Shown one piece after another: positions 20,030-34,687 of a stretch of 64,000 bases of DNA (its first letter is position 1; each line of letters begins with the position of its first letter). The notes beneath the pieces were generated by a model that had not been told where the DNA came from, made no database searches, and worked only from the letters and a program-made list of their open reading frames with translations. This DNA is from an uncultured delta proteobacterium. Lineage in GTDB: Bacteria > Myxococcota > Myxococcia > Myxococcales > Anaeromyxobacteraceae. The position numbers were made by a program, and so were the translations under genes. Location of the stretch: contig CAWFDF010000008.1 of NCBI GenBank assembly GCA_963814585.1, forward strand, positions 416,001 through 480,000, read 5' to 3'.

Positions 20030-21818
20030 GGCTGGAACCCCTTGAAGGTGCCGCGGTGGAAGTCGGCGTGGCACCACTCGCAGGCGAGCGGCAGGGGCTT
20101 GTAGCGGCGGACGATCACGCCGTTCCCCACCGCCACCGGCAGGTGGCACTTCTCGCAGGCCAGCGGCTTGTGCTTTCCCTCCAGCTTGAAGCGCGAGTCG
20201 CGCTGGTGATCGAACCGGAGGTTCTCCTTCCAGCTGGCGGTGTCATGGCAGCGGGCGCAGTCGGTCCCCTTCCCCGGCAGCGCCAGCTGGCCGGCGTGAA
20301 CGTCGGCGTGGCAGCCGGCGCAGGTCAGGGGGAGCGGCTTGTAGCGCACCACGCCGCCCTCTCCGGGCGGGTGGCAGGAGGCGCAGGCGGCCCTGGCGTG
20401 CTTGCCGGTGAGCGGGAACCTGCTGTCCTTGGCGTGGTCGAAGCGGGCCTTCTTGAACGAGTCGAGGCCGTGGCAGGCGGCGCAGCCGCCGGCGTCGGTG
20501 CGGGCCTTGAACTGGCCGGCGTGGGGATCGCGGTGGCAGGTGCGGCAGTCGTTGGCGCGCGGGATCTTGAGGAGCGCCAGGCTCGGCTTCACCGGCCGGC
20601 CCTGCTGCTCCAGCCGGGCCCGGACCGCCGCCGGCACCCTGGCCTCCAGGCGGACGTCCTTGGGGTGGCAGGAGGCGCAGGCGACGGCGCGGTGGGCGCC
20701 CTCGAGCCGGTAGCCGAGCTTGTCGTGGTCCTCGGCCTCGAAGCGGACCGGGGTGAAGCCCTCCACGGTGTGGCAGCGCTCGCAGGTCTGGGCCGGCGCA
20801 GCGGCCAGCGGGAGCTGACCGAGGTGGGCGTCCATGTGGCAGGTGGTGCACTGGTCGAACTTGAGGCCGCGGTACACCGTCTTCCCCTTGGCCACCGGGA
20901 CGTGGCAGGCCTCGCAGCGAGCCTGCAGGTGCGCGCCGCGCAGCGGGTACTTGGTCTTCTCGTGGAAGGCCTTCTCCTTGGCGAGGCCGCGGACCTTCTT
21001 CCAGTCGTCGGTGGCGTGGCAAGACTGGCAGGCGGCGCCGAAGCGCCCCTGGTGCGGATCCTTGTGGCAGTCGGTGCAGGCCTGGAACGGGATGGGCTTG
21101 TACCGGGCGAACAGCGCCGGCCGGACCGGCGGGGTGCGCGGACCGAGGTCGCCGGCCGGCGGCGCGGGCTGGTCGGCGTGGCACTTCAGGCAGGCCACCT
21201 TGGCGTGCTTGAGCTCCAGCCGGTAGGCCGCCTTGTTGTGGTCGAAGCGGGCCGGCTTCCAGGCCTCGGCGGTGTGGCACTTCTGGCAGTCGGGACCGAG
21301 CTGGCCGCGGTGCTCGTCGAAGTGGCAGGCGGCGCAGGCGGTCGGGGCGCCCAGCTGGCTCTCGCGCCCCTTGGCGATCACCTGGAGGACCTCACCGTCC
21401 GTGACGTGGCGCCGGTCGTGGCACCTGGCGCAGTCCGGCTTGCGGTGCTTGCCCTCCAGCGGGTAGCCGGTGCGGGCGTGGTCGAAGCCCTTCCTGCCGC
21501 CCGGTCCCCAGTCGACCAGCTTCAGGTCTCGTCCGGCGTGCTCGTGGTGGCAGAGCTGGCAGGCCCGCTCCTCCGGCTTGAGCCGGCCGTGGAGCCCCTT
21601 GCCGGCAGCCACCCGCCCCTGCAGCTCCTTGTGGCAGGCCAGGCAGTTCGCCGGGCTGAGCTGCTCGCCGGCGGCGTGGCACTTGGTGCAGTTGGCGAGC
21701 CCCTCCAGCGCGGCATGCGCCTTCGAGAGCTCCCCGGGCGAGAAGACGTCGGCGCCCGCCCCGGAGGCCGAGAGCGCCAGCAGCAGGGCCACGGCGGCCC
21801 GGGCGTGGAGGCCCGTGC

Positions 21819-21822
<4 letters not shown>
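20026..21822 (-). CDS. 20-heme c-type cytochrome built from repeated tri-heme modules
   Basis: Signal peptide then VFSPGELSKAH; 20 CxxCH motifs counted; GTG start overlaps the upstream TGA. Confidence 0.92.
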
Positions 21823-24029
<2,207 letters not shown>

Positions 24030-24281
24030 GCGCCGCTCATCACCTCGGTGGCCGGGCGGAGGAGTGGCTCCTCCCGGCCCGAGAGTACCCCACGTGACGC
24101 CGTGCGCCATCACCCCCCGCGGAGAGGCGCATCAGGACGGGTTCGAGGGCCCACTCTATCGCGAACGGCCGCCCGGATGGGAGCCCGCCCCTCGTTCGCC
24201 GGGAGTGAACTCCGACTTACCCCGGACCACACATCCGACCACATCCCGGGCCCGCCAGCGCCGCCGCGTCCGGTCGGCTCT

Positions 24282-24310
24282 TTGACACCGGCGCGGCCAT
24301 TGGGTAGGAA
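24282..24310 (+). promoter_or_regulatory. Sigma70-type promoter of the tRNA-Glu pair
   Basis: TTGACA-N17-TAGGAA just upstream of the first tRNA. Confidence 0.65.
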
Positions 24311-24317
24311 CCCCACC

Positions 24318-24392
24318 GACCCCATCGTCTAGAGGCCCAGGACGCCGCCTTTCTCGAGGCGGAAACCAGCGGTTCGAATCCCTGTGGGGTCA
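24318..24392 (+). tRNA. tRNA-Glu(CTC) with two apparent extra bases
   Basis: GACCCCA/TGGGGTC acceptor stem and Glu-type D-arm; 8-nt anticodon loop TTTCTCGA; bulged T-stem CAGCGG/CCCTG. Confidence 0.75.
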
Positions 24393-24402
24393 CTGTCCTC
24401 CC

Positions 24403-24474
24403 GGCCCCATCGTCTATCGGTCAGGACGCGAGCCTTTCAAGCTTGCAAGGCGGGTTCGATTCCCGCTGGGGTCA
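24403..24474 (+). tRNA. tRNA-Glu(TTC)
   Basis: GGCCCCA/TGGGGTC acceptor stem, anticodon loop CTTTCAA, GCGGG-TTCGATT-CCCGC T-arm. Confidence 0.95.
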
Positions 24475-24494
24475 TCTCCGCGGCGCCGCCGGCC

Positions 24495-25403
24495 TCAGGC
24501 GAGGTCGCGCCAGGGCTCGGCCGCCCGCAGCGCCGCCACGATGGCGCGCGTCGAGGTCGAGCGGTTGAGCGTGTAGAAGTGGATGCCCGGCGCCCCGCGA
24601 CGGAGCAGGTCCTGGCACTGGAGCGAGGCGAAGGCCACGCCGAGGTCGCGCGCTGCGTCGGGATCGCCGCGGCGGACCTCCATGGCGGCCTGCAGGCGCG
24701 ACGGGATGGTGGCGCCGCAGGTGGCGGTGAATCGCTCCACCTGCTCGACGTTGGTGAAGGGCATGATCCCCGGCAGCACCGGCGCCTGGATCCCGGCCGC
24801 CCGGGCGCGGGCCACGAACCCGTCGAAGGCGGCGTTCTGGAAGAAGAGCTGGGTGACGAGGAAGTCGGTGCCAGCCTGCACCTTGGCCTTGAGGTGGCGC
24901 AGGTCGGCGTCGAGGTCGCGGGTCTCCGGGTGGCCCTCCGGATAGGCGGCGGCGCCCAGGCAGAAGCTCCAGCGCGCCGGCTGCGCCCGGATGAAGGCCA
25001 CCAGCTCGGAGGCGTGCTGGAAGCCGCCGGGGTGCGGCGAGAAGGCGACCTCGCCCCGGGGCGGATCGCCGCGCAGCGCCAGCACGTTCTCGACACCGGC
25101 CTCGGCGAACTCGTCGAGCGTGGCGGCGATCTCGTCGCGCGAGGCGCCCACGCAGGTGACGTGCGCCATGGTCTCGATCCCGGTCTCGCGCTTGAGCCGC
25201 TTCACCAGCTCGACGGTGCGGGCCCGGGTCGAGCCACCGGCGCCGTAGGTGACCGAGACGAATCCGGGGGCGAGCGGCCGCAGCGCCTCGACGGTCTCGA
25301 AGAGCGCCCTGACCCCCTCATCGGTCCTGGGCGGGAAGAACTCGAAGCTGAAGACCGGGTCGCCCCGCTCCCGGGCGAAGCGCAGGAGATCGCTGATGGT
25401 CAC
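24495..25403 (-). CDS. metF: 5,10-methylenetetrahydrofolate reductase
   Basis: SFEFFPP, SVTYGAGG, LALRGDPP, YPEGH, TQLFF and HFYTLN motifs. Confidence 0.96.
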   Translation of the reverse strand: MTISDLLRFARERGDPVFSFEFFPPRTDEGVRALFETVEALRPLAPGFVSVTYGAGGSTRARTVELVKRLKRETGIETMAHVTCVGASRDEIAATLDEFAEAGVENVLALRGDPPRGEVAFSPHPGGFQHASELVAFIRAQPARWSFCLGAAAYPEGHPETRDLDADLRHLKAKVQAGTDFLVTQLFFQNAAFDGFVARARAAGIQAPVLPGIMPFTNVEQVERFTATCGATIPSRLQAAMEVRRGDPDAARDLGVAFASLQCQDLLRRGAPGIHFYTLNRSTSTRAIVAALRAAEPWRDLA

Positions 25404-25506
25404 GCCCCGGTTCTATCGCGCCGATGGCGCACCGCGCCAGTTCCGCGCGGACGCCTGGCGGCCTTGACGCCACGGCGGCGAGACGCCATCACTCTCCCGA
25501 CCCCGC

Positions 25507-25986
25507 ATGGCCACGCCGCGCTACATCACCCCCGAGGGCTTCCGCCGGCTCTCCGAGGAGCACTGGGACATCTGGACCGTGCAGCGGCCCAGGATCGTCG
25601 CCGAGGTCGAGGCCGCCGCCGCCCTGGGTGATCGCAGCGAGAACGCCGAGTACCTCTACGGCAAGCGCAAGCTGCGCGAGCTGGATCACCGGCTGCGCTT
25701 CCTCTCGGAGCGGATGGACTCGCTCACGGTGGTGGAGCCGAAACGCGACCGGTCCGGCCGGGCCTTCTTCGGCGCCTGGGTCTCGGTGGAGCAGGAGGAC
25801 GGCGAGGCGCGGACGTGGCGGCTGGTGGGGGCGGACGAGTTCGACGTGGCGCGGGGGCTCCTCTCGGTCGACTCGCCCATGGGGCGGGCCCTGCTCGGCA
25901 AGCGGGAGGGAGACGTGGTGACCGTGCAGCGACCCGCCGGCACCACCGTGGTGACCATCGTGGCCGTCGGCTGGAAGACGCCGTGA
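25507..25986 (+). CDS. greB: Transcription elongation factor GreB
   Basis: YITPEG, GDRSENAEYLYGKRKLRE and SPMGRALLGK motifs. Confidence 0.93.
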   Translation: MATPRYITPEGFRRLSEEHWDIWTVQRPRIVAEVEAAAALGDRSENAEYLYGKRKLRELDHRLRFLSERMDSLTVVEPKRDRSGRAFFGAWVSVEQEDGEARTWRLVGADEFDVARGLLSVDSPMGRALLGKREGDVVTVQRPAGTTVVTIVAVGWKTP

Positions 25987-26501
25987 CGGCACGCATCACC
26001 GACCGGGCGGCGCAGCGGGCCCTGGTGGAGCGGTTCGTGGTGGCCCGCCCCCTCGCGCTCGGCTACGACGCCGCCGCCGGGTTGCTGCTCGACGTCGCGG
26101 CGCAGAAGACGTTGCTGCTCGACTGGACCCGGGTGGCGTGGCTGGAAGAGCGGACCGACGCCGACAGCGGCCGCCCCTACCTGGCCGTGGCGCTGGGCGA
26201 TGGGGGCTCGCTGGCGCTGGCCGATCAGGGGTTGGCCTTCGCGCCCCTCACCACCTCCACCGGCCCGATCCCGGGGCTCCCGCGCGCCGTCTGCATGTGT
26301 GACCTGGAGGCGGCCGAGGGGCGGCTCGTCCACTTCCTGCGCGATCACCCGGACGACCCGCCCGAGGGGGGACACCTGGACGCCTTCGTCTTCTGCCTGG
26401 CGGTCGTCGACGGGGCGCGGGCGGTCGGCTTCGACGTCGGCCCGGAGGAGCGGCGGCTGGAACGGATCCTGAACGAGCTCGAGCGGAGAAGGCAGGGGTG
26501 A
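25983..26501 (+). CDS. Hypothetical protein coupled to greB
   Basis: GTG overlaps the greB stop (GTGA); globular composition. Confidence 0.7.
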   Translation: MTARITDRAAQRALVERFVVARPLALGYDAAAGLLLDVAAQKTLLLDWTRVAWLEERTDADSGRPYLAVALGDGGSLALADQGLAFAPLTTSTGPIPGLPRAVCMCDLEAAEGRLVHFLRDHPDDPPEGGHLDAFVFCLAVVDGARAVGFDVGPEERRLERILNELERRRQG

Positions 26502-26510
26502 GCGGGGCCG

Positions 26511-27152
26511 TCAGGCCTCGCCGCCGGCATCCGTCCCGGCGCTCGCGAGCCGATTCAGCCTCGCCCAGAGCGCGTCGGTGCCGGTCCCCTCCTCGGCCGA
26601 GAACGGCTCGGCGCTGCCTGGCTCCAGGCCCAGCGACTTCTCCACCGCCCGCAACGCCAGCCCTCGCCTGGTGCGCGCCAGCTTGTCAACCTTGGTGGCC
26701 GCCACCACCACCATGCGCCCGGCGCCGGCGAGGAACCGCAGGGCGTCCTGGTCCGATTCCATGGGCTCGTGGCGGGCGTCGACGATCAGCACCACGGCGC
26801 GGAGCGTGTGCCGCTCCTTGAGGTAGTCCTCGATCATCGCCGTCCACTTGGCCCGCTCGTCCTTGGAGACCTTGGCGTAGCCGTAGCCCGGCAGGTCGCA
26901 GAAGCGGAGCACCCGTGGCCTCGCCGCCGGGTTGGGCCGATAGCGCACCTCGAAGAACTGCAGCGCGCGGGTCCGGCCCGGCGTGTTGGAGACGCGCGCC
27001 AGCCCCTTCTTCCTCGTCAAGGCGTTGAGCATCGACGACTTCCCCACGTTGCTTCGACCGACGAAGGCGAACTCGGGGAAGTCACCCCGCGGCCACTCGG
27101 CGGGCCTGGTGGAGGTCTGGAGGAACTCGGCGGAGACGACCTGGACGGGCAC
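26511..27152 (-). CDS. engB: Ribosome biogenesis GTPase YihA/YsxC
   Basis: GRSNVGKSS, PGRT, DLPGYG and TKVDK motifs. Confidence 0.95.
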   Translation of the reverse strand: MPVQVVSAEFLQTSTRPAEWPRGDFPEFAFVGRSNVGKSSMLNALTRKKGLARVSNTPGRTRALQFFEVRYRPNPAARPRVLRFCDLPGYGYAKVSKDERAKWTAMIEDYLKERHTLRAVVLIVDARHEPMESDQDALRFLAGAGRMVVVAATKVDKLARTRRGLALRAVEKSLGLEPGSAEPFSAEEGTGTDALWARLNRLASAGTDAGGEA

Positions 27153-27188
27153 GGTGCCCCCTGGCGCAGCGTGGATTCGGCGGTGGGA

Positions 27189-27620
27189 CTACCTGGGGCC
27201 GGCGGGAGCCGGGTGGGCGATCAGCTTCACCTTCCGGGCATGGTCGAACTTGCCCAGGCTGGGCGTGCTCTCGGTGTGGCAGGCGAGGCATACCCGCTCA
27301 CCGGGCTCGACGAGTCCGACGGCGCGGGCCAGCTCGGCGTCGCGCATCACGTAGGCCGCAGCGTAGCGACGGCCCGGTCCGTGGCAGGCCTCGCACCCAA
27401 CCCCGCTCATCCCGGCCTCGGCGGCCGGGGCGTGGCACGAGAGGCAGCGCTTGTCGGCGCGCCTGGCGGGCGGCAGGCTGTCGAGGGCGCGAGCGTGGGG
27501 CCCTTCCTTCCAGCTGGCCCAGGCCGCCGGGTGGCACCCCTTGCAGGTCTCCGGCCCGACCAGGTCCCCCGCCAGGCCCAGGGCCGGCAGGCAGCACAGG
27601 ATGGCGATGAGGAAGCGCAC
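27189..27620 (-). CDS. Small tetraheme c-type cytochrome (c554/c-prime-like N-terminus)
   Basis: Signal peptide; CKGCH, CLSCH, CEACHGPG and CLACH. Confidence 0.85.
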   Translation of the reverse strand: MRFLIAILCCLPALGLAGDLVGPETCKGCHPAAWASWKEGPHARALDSLPPARRADKRCLSCHAPAAEAGMSGVGCEACHGPGRRYAAAYVMRDAELARAVGLVEPGERVCLACHTESTPSLGKFDHARKVKLIAHPAPAGPR

Positions 27621-27640
27621 GGGTCGCAGTATAGTGCGCC

Positions 27641-28162
27641 ATGACCTCGATGCGGCTGGCAACCTTCCTCGTCGCGCTGATCCTCCCGGTGGTCGTCCCC
27701 GCCAAGGCCTGGCAGGGGATCGATCCGGGGAAGTCCACGGTCGACGAGGTCGGGACCAGGTTCGGCGAGCCGACCAGCCGCGTCAAGCGCGGTAGCCGGC
27801 AGGTGCTGGCCTACAAGGGCGACCAGGCCCTGCCCGGCACCAAGGAGGCCCAGTTCCACTGCCGGGCCGACGGCGTGGTCGAGGAGATCACCGTCTTCCT
27901 CGCCGCGCCGCTGGACGGCGAGTCGATCGAGGGGACCTACGGCAAGCCCACCACGCGGACCTTCACCGACTCGTTCCAGAAGGTCTGGCAGTACCCGCAG
28001 AAGGGCGTCTCCGTCTACTTCGACCGCGAGGGGGCGGTGCAGGCCATCACCTTCAGCCCCGGCGTGGCCAGCAAGGCCGCCGAGAAGGCCTCGGCCGAGC
28101 CGAAGGGCCGCCCCGTGCCCGAGGCGCCCGCACCCGCCGCCGCCGAACCTCCCGCCCGGTAG
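27641..28162 (+). CDS. Secreted hypothetical protein
   Basis: Signal peptide (AKA-W), globular region, Pro/Ala tail. Confidence 0.75.
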   Translation: MTSMRLATFLVALILPVVVPAKAWQGIDPGKSTVDEVGTRFGEPTSRVKRGSRQVLAYKGDQALPGTKEAQFHCRADGVVEEITVFLAAPLDGESIEGTYGKPTTRTFTDSFQKVWQYPQKGVSVYFDREGAVQAITFSPGVASKAAEKASAEPKGRPVPEAPAPAAAEPPAR

Positions 28163-28163
28163 C

Positions 28164-28796
28164 GTGCGTCTCATCGGCCTGACCGGCGGGATCGCCACCG
28201 GGAAGAGCACGTTCGCAGAGGCGCTCCGCGCCCTCGGCTTCCCCGTCATCGACGCCGACCAGCTGGCCCGGCGCGTGGTCGAGCCCGGCACGCCCACGCT
28301 CGCCGCCATCGACGCCGCCTTTCCCGGCGTGGTCGGTCCGGACGGCCGGCTCGACCGGAAAGCCCTCGGCGCGCGGGTCTTCTCGGATGCGGAGGCCAGG
28401 CGCCGGCTCGAGGCCATCACCCACCCGGCCATCCGCGCCGCCATGGTGGCCGAGACGGCCCGGCTGGAGGCGGCCGGCCACGACCTGGTCTTCTACGACA
28501 CACCGCTCCTCTTCGAGGTGGGGCTCGATCGGGCCGTGGAGCTGGTGGTGGTGGTCTGGGCCCCCGTCGAGGCCCAGCGGCGCCGCCTCCAGGCGCGCGA
28601 CGGCCTCTCTGCCGCCGAGGCGGAGGCCCGGCTCCGCGCCCAGTGGCCCGTGGACGAGAAGGCGGCGCGGGCCGACGTGGTGGTCGAGAACGCCGACGAG
28701 ACGGAGCCGCTCGGCCCCAGGGCGGCCCGCCTGGTGGCCGGGCTGCGCGCCGGGCTCGGGCGGAGGCTTCCCGGAACCGCGCCGGCGCGCTATTGA
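28164..28796 (+). CDS. coaE: Dephospho-CoA kinase
   Basis: IGLTGGIATGKST, IDAD, LDRKALG, ITHP and PLLFE motifs. Confidence 0.95.
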   Translation: MRLIGLTGGIATGKSTFAEALRALGFPVIDADQLARRVVEPGTPTLAAIDAAFPGVVGPDGRLDRKALGARVFSDAEARRRLEAITHPAIRAAMVAETARLEAAGHDLVFYDTPLLFEVGLDRAVELVVVVWAPVEAQRRRLQARDGLSAAEAEARLRAQWPVDEKAARADVVVENADETEPLGPRAARLVAGLRAGLGRRLPGTAPARY

Positions 28797-28803
28797 GCAG
28801 GGC

Positions 28804-29907
28804 ATGGGCGAGCAGTTCCACTTCGTGACCGGCTTCCCCGGCCTGCTCGGCAGGAAGCTGGTCGAGCGGCTGGCCGCCAGGCCTGGCGAGCGCCTGGTGC
28901 TGCTGGTCCAGTCCCCTCATGCCGCCCTGGCGCGCGAGGCGTTGCGTGACCGTCCGGGCGCCGAGGTGCTGGAAGGGGACGTCGCCCACATGCACATGGG
29001 GCTGGCCGGCTCCGAGTGGATCGCCCTCTCCCGCGACGTCACCCACGTCTGGCACCTGGCCGCCAAGACCCGGCTGGACGCCGATGACCGGCTGCTCCGG
29101 AGCGTCAACGTCGACGGCACGCGCAACGTGCTGGAGCTGGGCGCCCAGGCGCCGCACCTGGCGCGGCTGGTCCACTTCTCGACCGCCTTCGTCTCCGGCT
29201 CGCGCGCCGGCGTGATCGGCGAGGACGAGCTCGAGGCGGGCCAGCGCTTCAACAACGCCTACGAGGAGTCCAAGTACCAGGCCGAGCGGCTGGTGCAGCG
29301 CGCCCGGGGCGCGCTCCCCGTCACGGTGCTCCGCCCCAGCCTGGTCATCGGCGACTCCCGCACCGGCGAGATCGACCGCTTCGACGGTCCCTACGCCCTG
29401 GCCCTGGCGCTCGCCCACGCCCCGCTGACGATGCCACTGCCGCTCCCCGAGGACCCGCAGGCGCCGCTCAACGTCGTGCCGATCGACTTCGTGCTCGACG
29501 CGGCGCTGGTCCTCGCCTTCCGCCCGGAGGCCGCCGGACGAACGGTCCACCTGGTGGACCCGGCCCCGCTCCCGGCGCGCCGGGTCTACGGGCTGATCGC
29601 AGACCGCCTGGGGCGGCGGCTGCCCACCATTCCGATCCCGCAGCGGGCGCTGGAGGCCCTGCGCCGCATCCCGCTGCTCCAGCGCCTGGGGCGGAGCACC
29701 GCCCAGGCCTTCCAGTACGTCGATCACCGGGCACGCTACGACACCCGCGTCCTGCTCGAGCTGCTCGAAGGCAGCGGTGTCCAGTGCCCACCCATCGACG
29801 CCTACCTGGATCGGATCGTCGAGTTCGTCCAGGCCAGCCTCGATCCGGGGCGCTCGGCCGAAGGGCCGGATCCGGCCGATCCGCCCGCGCGGCCGCCGTC
29901 CGCCTGA
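28804..29907 (+). CDS. Extended SDR family oxidoreductase (thioester-reductase-like)
   Basis: VTGFPGLLG, HLAA, NVDGT, YEESK and RPSLVIG motifs. Confidence 0.88.
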   Translation: MGEQFHFVTGFPGLLGRKLVERLAARPGERLVLLVQSPHAALAREALRDRPGAEVLEGDVAHMHMGLAGSEWIALSRDVTHVWHLAAKTRLDADDRLLRSVNVDGTRNVLELGAQAPHLARLVHFSTAFVSGSRAGVIGEDELEAGQRFNNAYEESKYQAERLVQRARGALPVTVLRPSLVIGDSRTGEIDRFDGPYALALALAHAPLTMPLPLPEDPQAPLNVVPIDFVLDAALVLAFRPEAAGRTVHLVDPAPLPARRVYGLIADRLGRRLPTIPIPQRALEALRRIPLLQRLGRSTAQAFQYVDHRARYDTRVLLELLEGSGVQCPPIDAYLDRIVEFVQASLDPGRSAEGPDPADPPARPPSA

Positions 29908-30069
29908 AGGCGCCTCTCCCCCGGCCCCTTCCCTGCGGCGACGCACGCCGCCTGGCCTGGGCCCGTCGCGCGGCGCTGGTGGCCCGCGGAGCGGCGGACG
30001 GAGGCGTCCGCCGGGCGCGGCCAGGCGAGGGTCGCCGTGACCGTGGCGGGACTGGATCGATCCGCGCGA

Positions 30070-30855
30070 TCAGGCCGCGATGACCCCGTCGACAAGCAGC
30101 GCCGCCAGGATGCGCGCGGTGTCGAGGCGGGGCAGCCCGGAGAGCGCGAAGAGGTTCTCGTAGTCGACGGTCCCGTCGATCTGCGAAAGCAGGAAGCCGG
30201 CCCGGTGGTCCAGGTTGAGCCACATGATCTCCTCCGGCTTGATGGCGAGCCTGGGGACGCAGCCGAGCGGACCGAGCTTGGACTCGTACATCGCCACCAG
30301 CGTGGCCTCGTTCTGCTGGAGGTACTCCCGGGCCTCGGCGTGCTCCGGGTCGACCTTGAGGATCTTCTCGATCATCTCCAGCGAGCCGGAGAAGTCACCC
30401 AGGGCCAGCAGGTCCTTGGCGGCGGTCATCCACACCGCCACGTCGTCCTGGGGCGCGCTCGGGCGCGTCGCCCTGGGGACGAGCGGCCGAAGATCCGACT
30501 TCTCGGCCACGGCCTCGAGGTTGAGCCCGCCCTCGCTGCCGAGGAGGATGGCCGGCGACGAAGCCGGGCCGTCGTCCCACGGGGACGGCGCATACTGAGG
30601 CTCCGGGAAGGCCAGCGGCGGTGCCGACGCCGGGGGCGCCACCGGGGGAGCCACCGGGAGTGGCGCCGGGGTCCGGGCCGTCCGGATCACCTGGCCGGCC
30701 TCCAGCCCACCGGGGAGGAGCAGGAGGTAGGAGCGCGCTCGCGAGTTGCCGGGATCGACCCGCAGCGCCTCCTCCAGCAGGAGGCGAGACTCCTCGAGCC
30801 GACCCTCGACGTAGGCCCGGATGCCCTGCTCCACCATGTCCTGGGCGGTCGCCAC
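30070..30855 (-). CDS. TPR-containing protein
   Basis: Two TPR-like hairpins (ALRVDPGN, ILKVDPEH) and a C-terminal wHTH-like segment. Confidence 0.7.
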   Translation of the reverse strand: MATAQDMVEQGIRAYVEGRLEESRLLLEEALRVDPGNSRARSYLLLLPGGLEAGQVIRTARTPAPLPVAPPVAPPASAPPLAFPEPQYAPSPWDDGPASSPAILLGSEGGLNLEAVAEKSDLRPLVPRATRPSAPQDDVAVWMTAAKDLLALGDFSGSLEMIEKILKVDPEHAEAREYLQQNEATLVAMYESKLGPLGCVPRLAIKPEEIMWLNLDHRAGFLLSQIDGTVDYENLFALSGLPRLDTARILAALLVDGVIAA

Positions 30856-30858
30856 GGC

Positions 30859-32717
<1,859 letters not shown>

Positions 32718-32721
<4 letters not shown>

Positions 32722-33683
32722 CCGAGGAAGCTCCAGCGCAGCTTCTTGAGCCGCTCCTTGGCCGACTCGAGCCGTGGATCGATCTCCACCGCGCGCTCCA
32801 GCGCCTTCTTGGCCTCCGACCGCTTCCCGGCGGCATCCAGCGCGGCGCCCAGCGCCTCGTGGGCCGGGGCGTTCCGGGGCTGGACGCGGACGGCATGCTC
32901 GGCGAACTCACGGGCGGCGACGACGTCACCCACCTCGACGGCCGCGCGGCTGGCGAGGATCAGCCCGCGGGGGTTGGCCGGGTCGACCTCGAGCGCCGCC
33001 CGATAGGCCGCCAGCGCGCCTTGCCAGCTCCCCATGGCCTCGGCGGCGTGCGCCTTGTCGATGCAGTCGGCGAACCTGGCCGCCGTCGCCTTCCGGCGCG
33101 CCTCGGCGGCCAGGGCTGCGGCCTCGGCGTGGCCCGGGTCGAGGCTGGCCACCAGCTGGAAGTCGTTGCCGGCCTGGGCGAAGTTCCCCGACGCCATCAT
33201 GTCCCGTCCGTGGCTCATCAGCTCGTTGATCCGCTCGGCCCTGGCCAGGAGCGGGCTGTGGCGCGCCAGCCGGCCGCGTCGCTCCGCCGCGCGGCGCTCG
33301 TCCTCCAGCCGCCGGGCCTCGATCCGCGTGCGCTCGAGCGCCGGGGCGGTGGCGAGGACGTAGGCGGCTCGCCCGGGCTCGCCGGTGAGGACGTCCCTGG
33401 CCTCCGTCACCCGGCGGAAGACCCGCTCCAGCCGCCCCCGGAAGCTCCCGAGCTTCTTGCCGGGGTACCGGTCGGGGTGGAAGATCTTCACCTGGTCGAT
33501 GTAGGCCGCGCGCACCGCCTCCACGCTGGCGTTCCAGGGCAGGCCGAGGACCTGCCAGTGGGTCCACTCGGCCAGCTTGGCCTCGGCGAAGAGGATGGTC
33601 TTGCGCCGCTCGAGGTCGAGATCGGCCGCCTCGGCGAGATCCGCCGGATTGAACAGATGCCCCTGGTAACGATCACCGCTCAA
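32718..33683 (-). CDS. J-domain + TPR co-chaperone
   Basis: HWQVLGL...KIFHPD J-domain followed by TPR repeats; start uncertain (TTG at 33683). Confidence 0.85.
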
Positions 33684-33760
33684 TCGAGGAGCCCCCACGC
33701 GCTTCGACCAGCCCCGGCCTGTTGGCGAGGGTCGAATGTAGCCAGCAGGACCAGCGGGGG

Positions 33761-34684
33761 TCAATCGCCCGCCAACAGCGACTCCAGCAGGGCCTTCTGG
33801 ACGTGGAGCCGGTTCTCGGCCTGGTCGAAGACCGCCGAGCGCGGCCCCTCCAGGACGGCCTCGCTGATCTCCTCGCCGCGGTGTGCCGGCAGGCAGTGGA
33901 GGACGATGGCGTCGGGCCGGGCCCGCTCCACCAGGGACTCGTCGACGATGTAGCCGGCGAAGTCGCGCGCCCGGGTGGCCTGCTCCGCCTCCCGCCCCAT
34001 CGAGGCCCAGACGTCGGTGTTGATGACGTGGGCCCCGGCGGCGGCGGCGGCGGGCGACCGGACCACGCGGGCCCGGCCGGCGCAGCGCTCCAGGAGCGCG
34101 CCGTCGGGATCGTAGCCCGGCGGGCACGCCAGCAGCAGCTCGAAGCCGAGCACCGCGCACGCTTCCAGCCAGCTGTTGGCCATGTTGTTTCCGTCGCCGA
34201 TCCAGGCGACCCGCAGGCCGGGCTTCTGCAGGGCGTCCGCGCCAAACCGCTCGGAGGTGGTGAGCAGGTCGGCCAGCACCTGGCAGGGGTGAGAGGCGTC
34301 GGTGAGCGCGTTGATCACCGGGACCTCGGCGTACCGGGCGAGCTGGGTCAGCTTCTCGTGCTCGAAGGTGCGAACCACCAGCGCGTCGAGGTAGCGCGCC
34401 AGCACCCGGGCGGTGTCCTGGAGCGGCTCGCCCCGGCCCAGCTGGGTGTCGCGCGGCGAGAGGAAGATGGCGCCGGCGCCCAGCTGGCCCGCCGCCACCT
34501 CGAAGGAGACCCGCGTGCGGGTGGAGGCCTTCTCGAAGAGCAGCCCGATGGTCATCCCCTCGAGCGGCCTGGGTCCCTTCCGGCCGAGGAGCTTCCACTC
34601 GGCGGCCCGCTCGAGGAGCTCGAGCAGCCCGCCTCGATCGAGATCGGTGATGCGCAGGAAGTCCCGCCTGGACAGGGTCGTCAT
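33761..34684 (-). CDS. argF: Ornithine carbamoyltransferase
   Basis: STRTR, HPCQ, GDGNN, DVWASMG and HCLP motifs. Confidence 0.96.
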   Translation of the reverse strand: MTTLSRRDFLRITDLDRGGLLELLERAAEWKLLGRKGPRPLEGMTIGLLFEKASTRTRVSFEVAAGQLGAGAIFLSPRDTQLGRGEPLQDTARVLARYLDALVVRTFEHEKLTQLARYAEVPVINALTDASHPCQVLADLLTTSERFGADALQKPGLRVAWIGDGNNMANSWLEACAVLGFELLLACPPGYDPDGALLERCAGRARVVRSPAAAAAGAHVINTDVWASMGREAEQATRARDFAGYIVDESLVERARPDAIVLHCLPAHRGEEISEAVLEGPRSAVFDQAENRLHVQKALLESLLAGD

Positions 34685-34687
34685 GGG

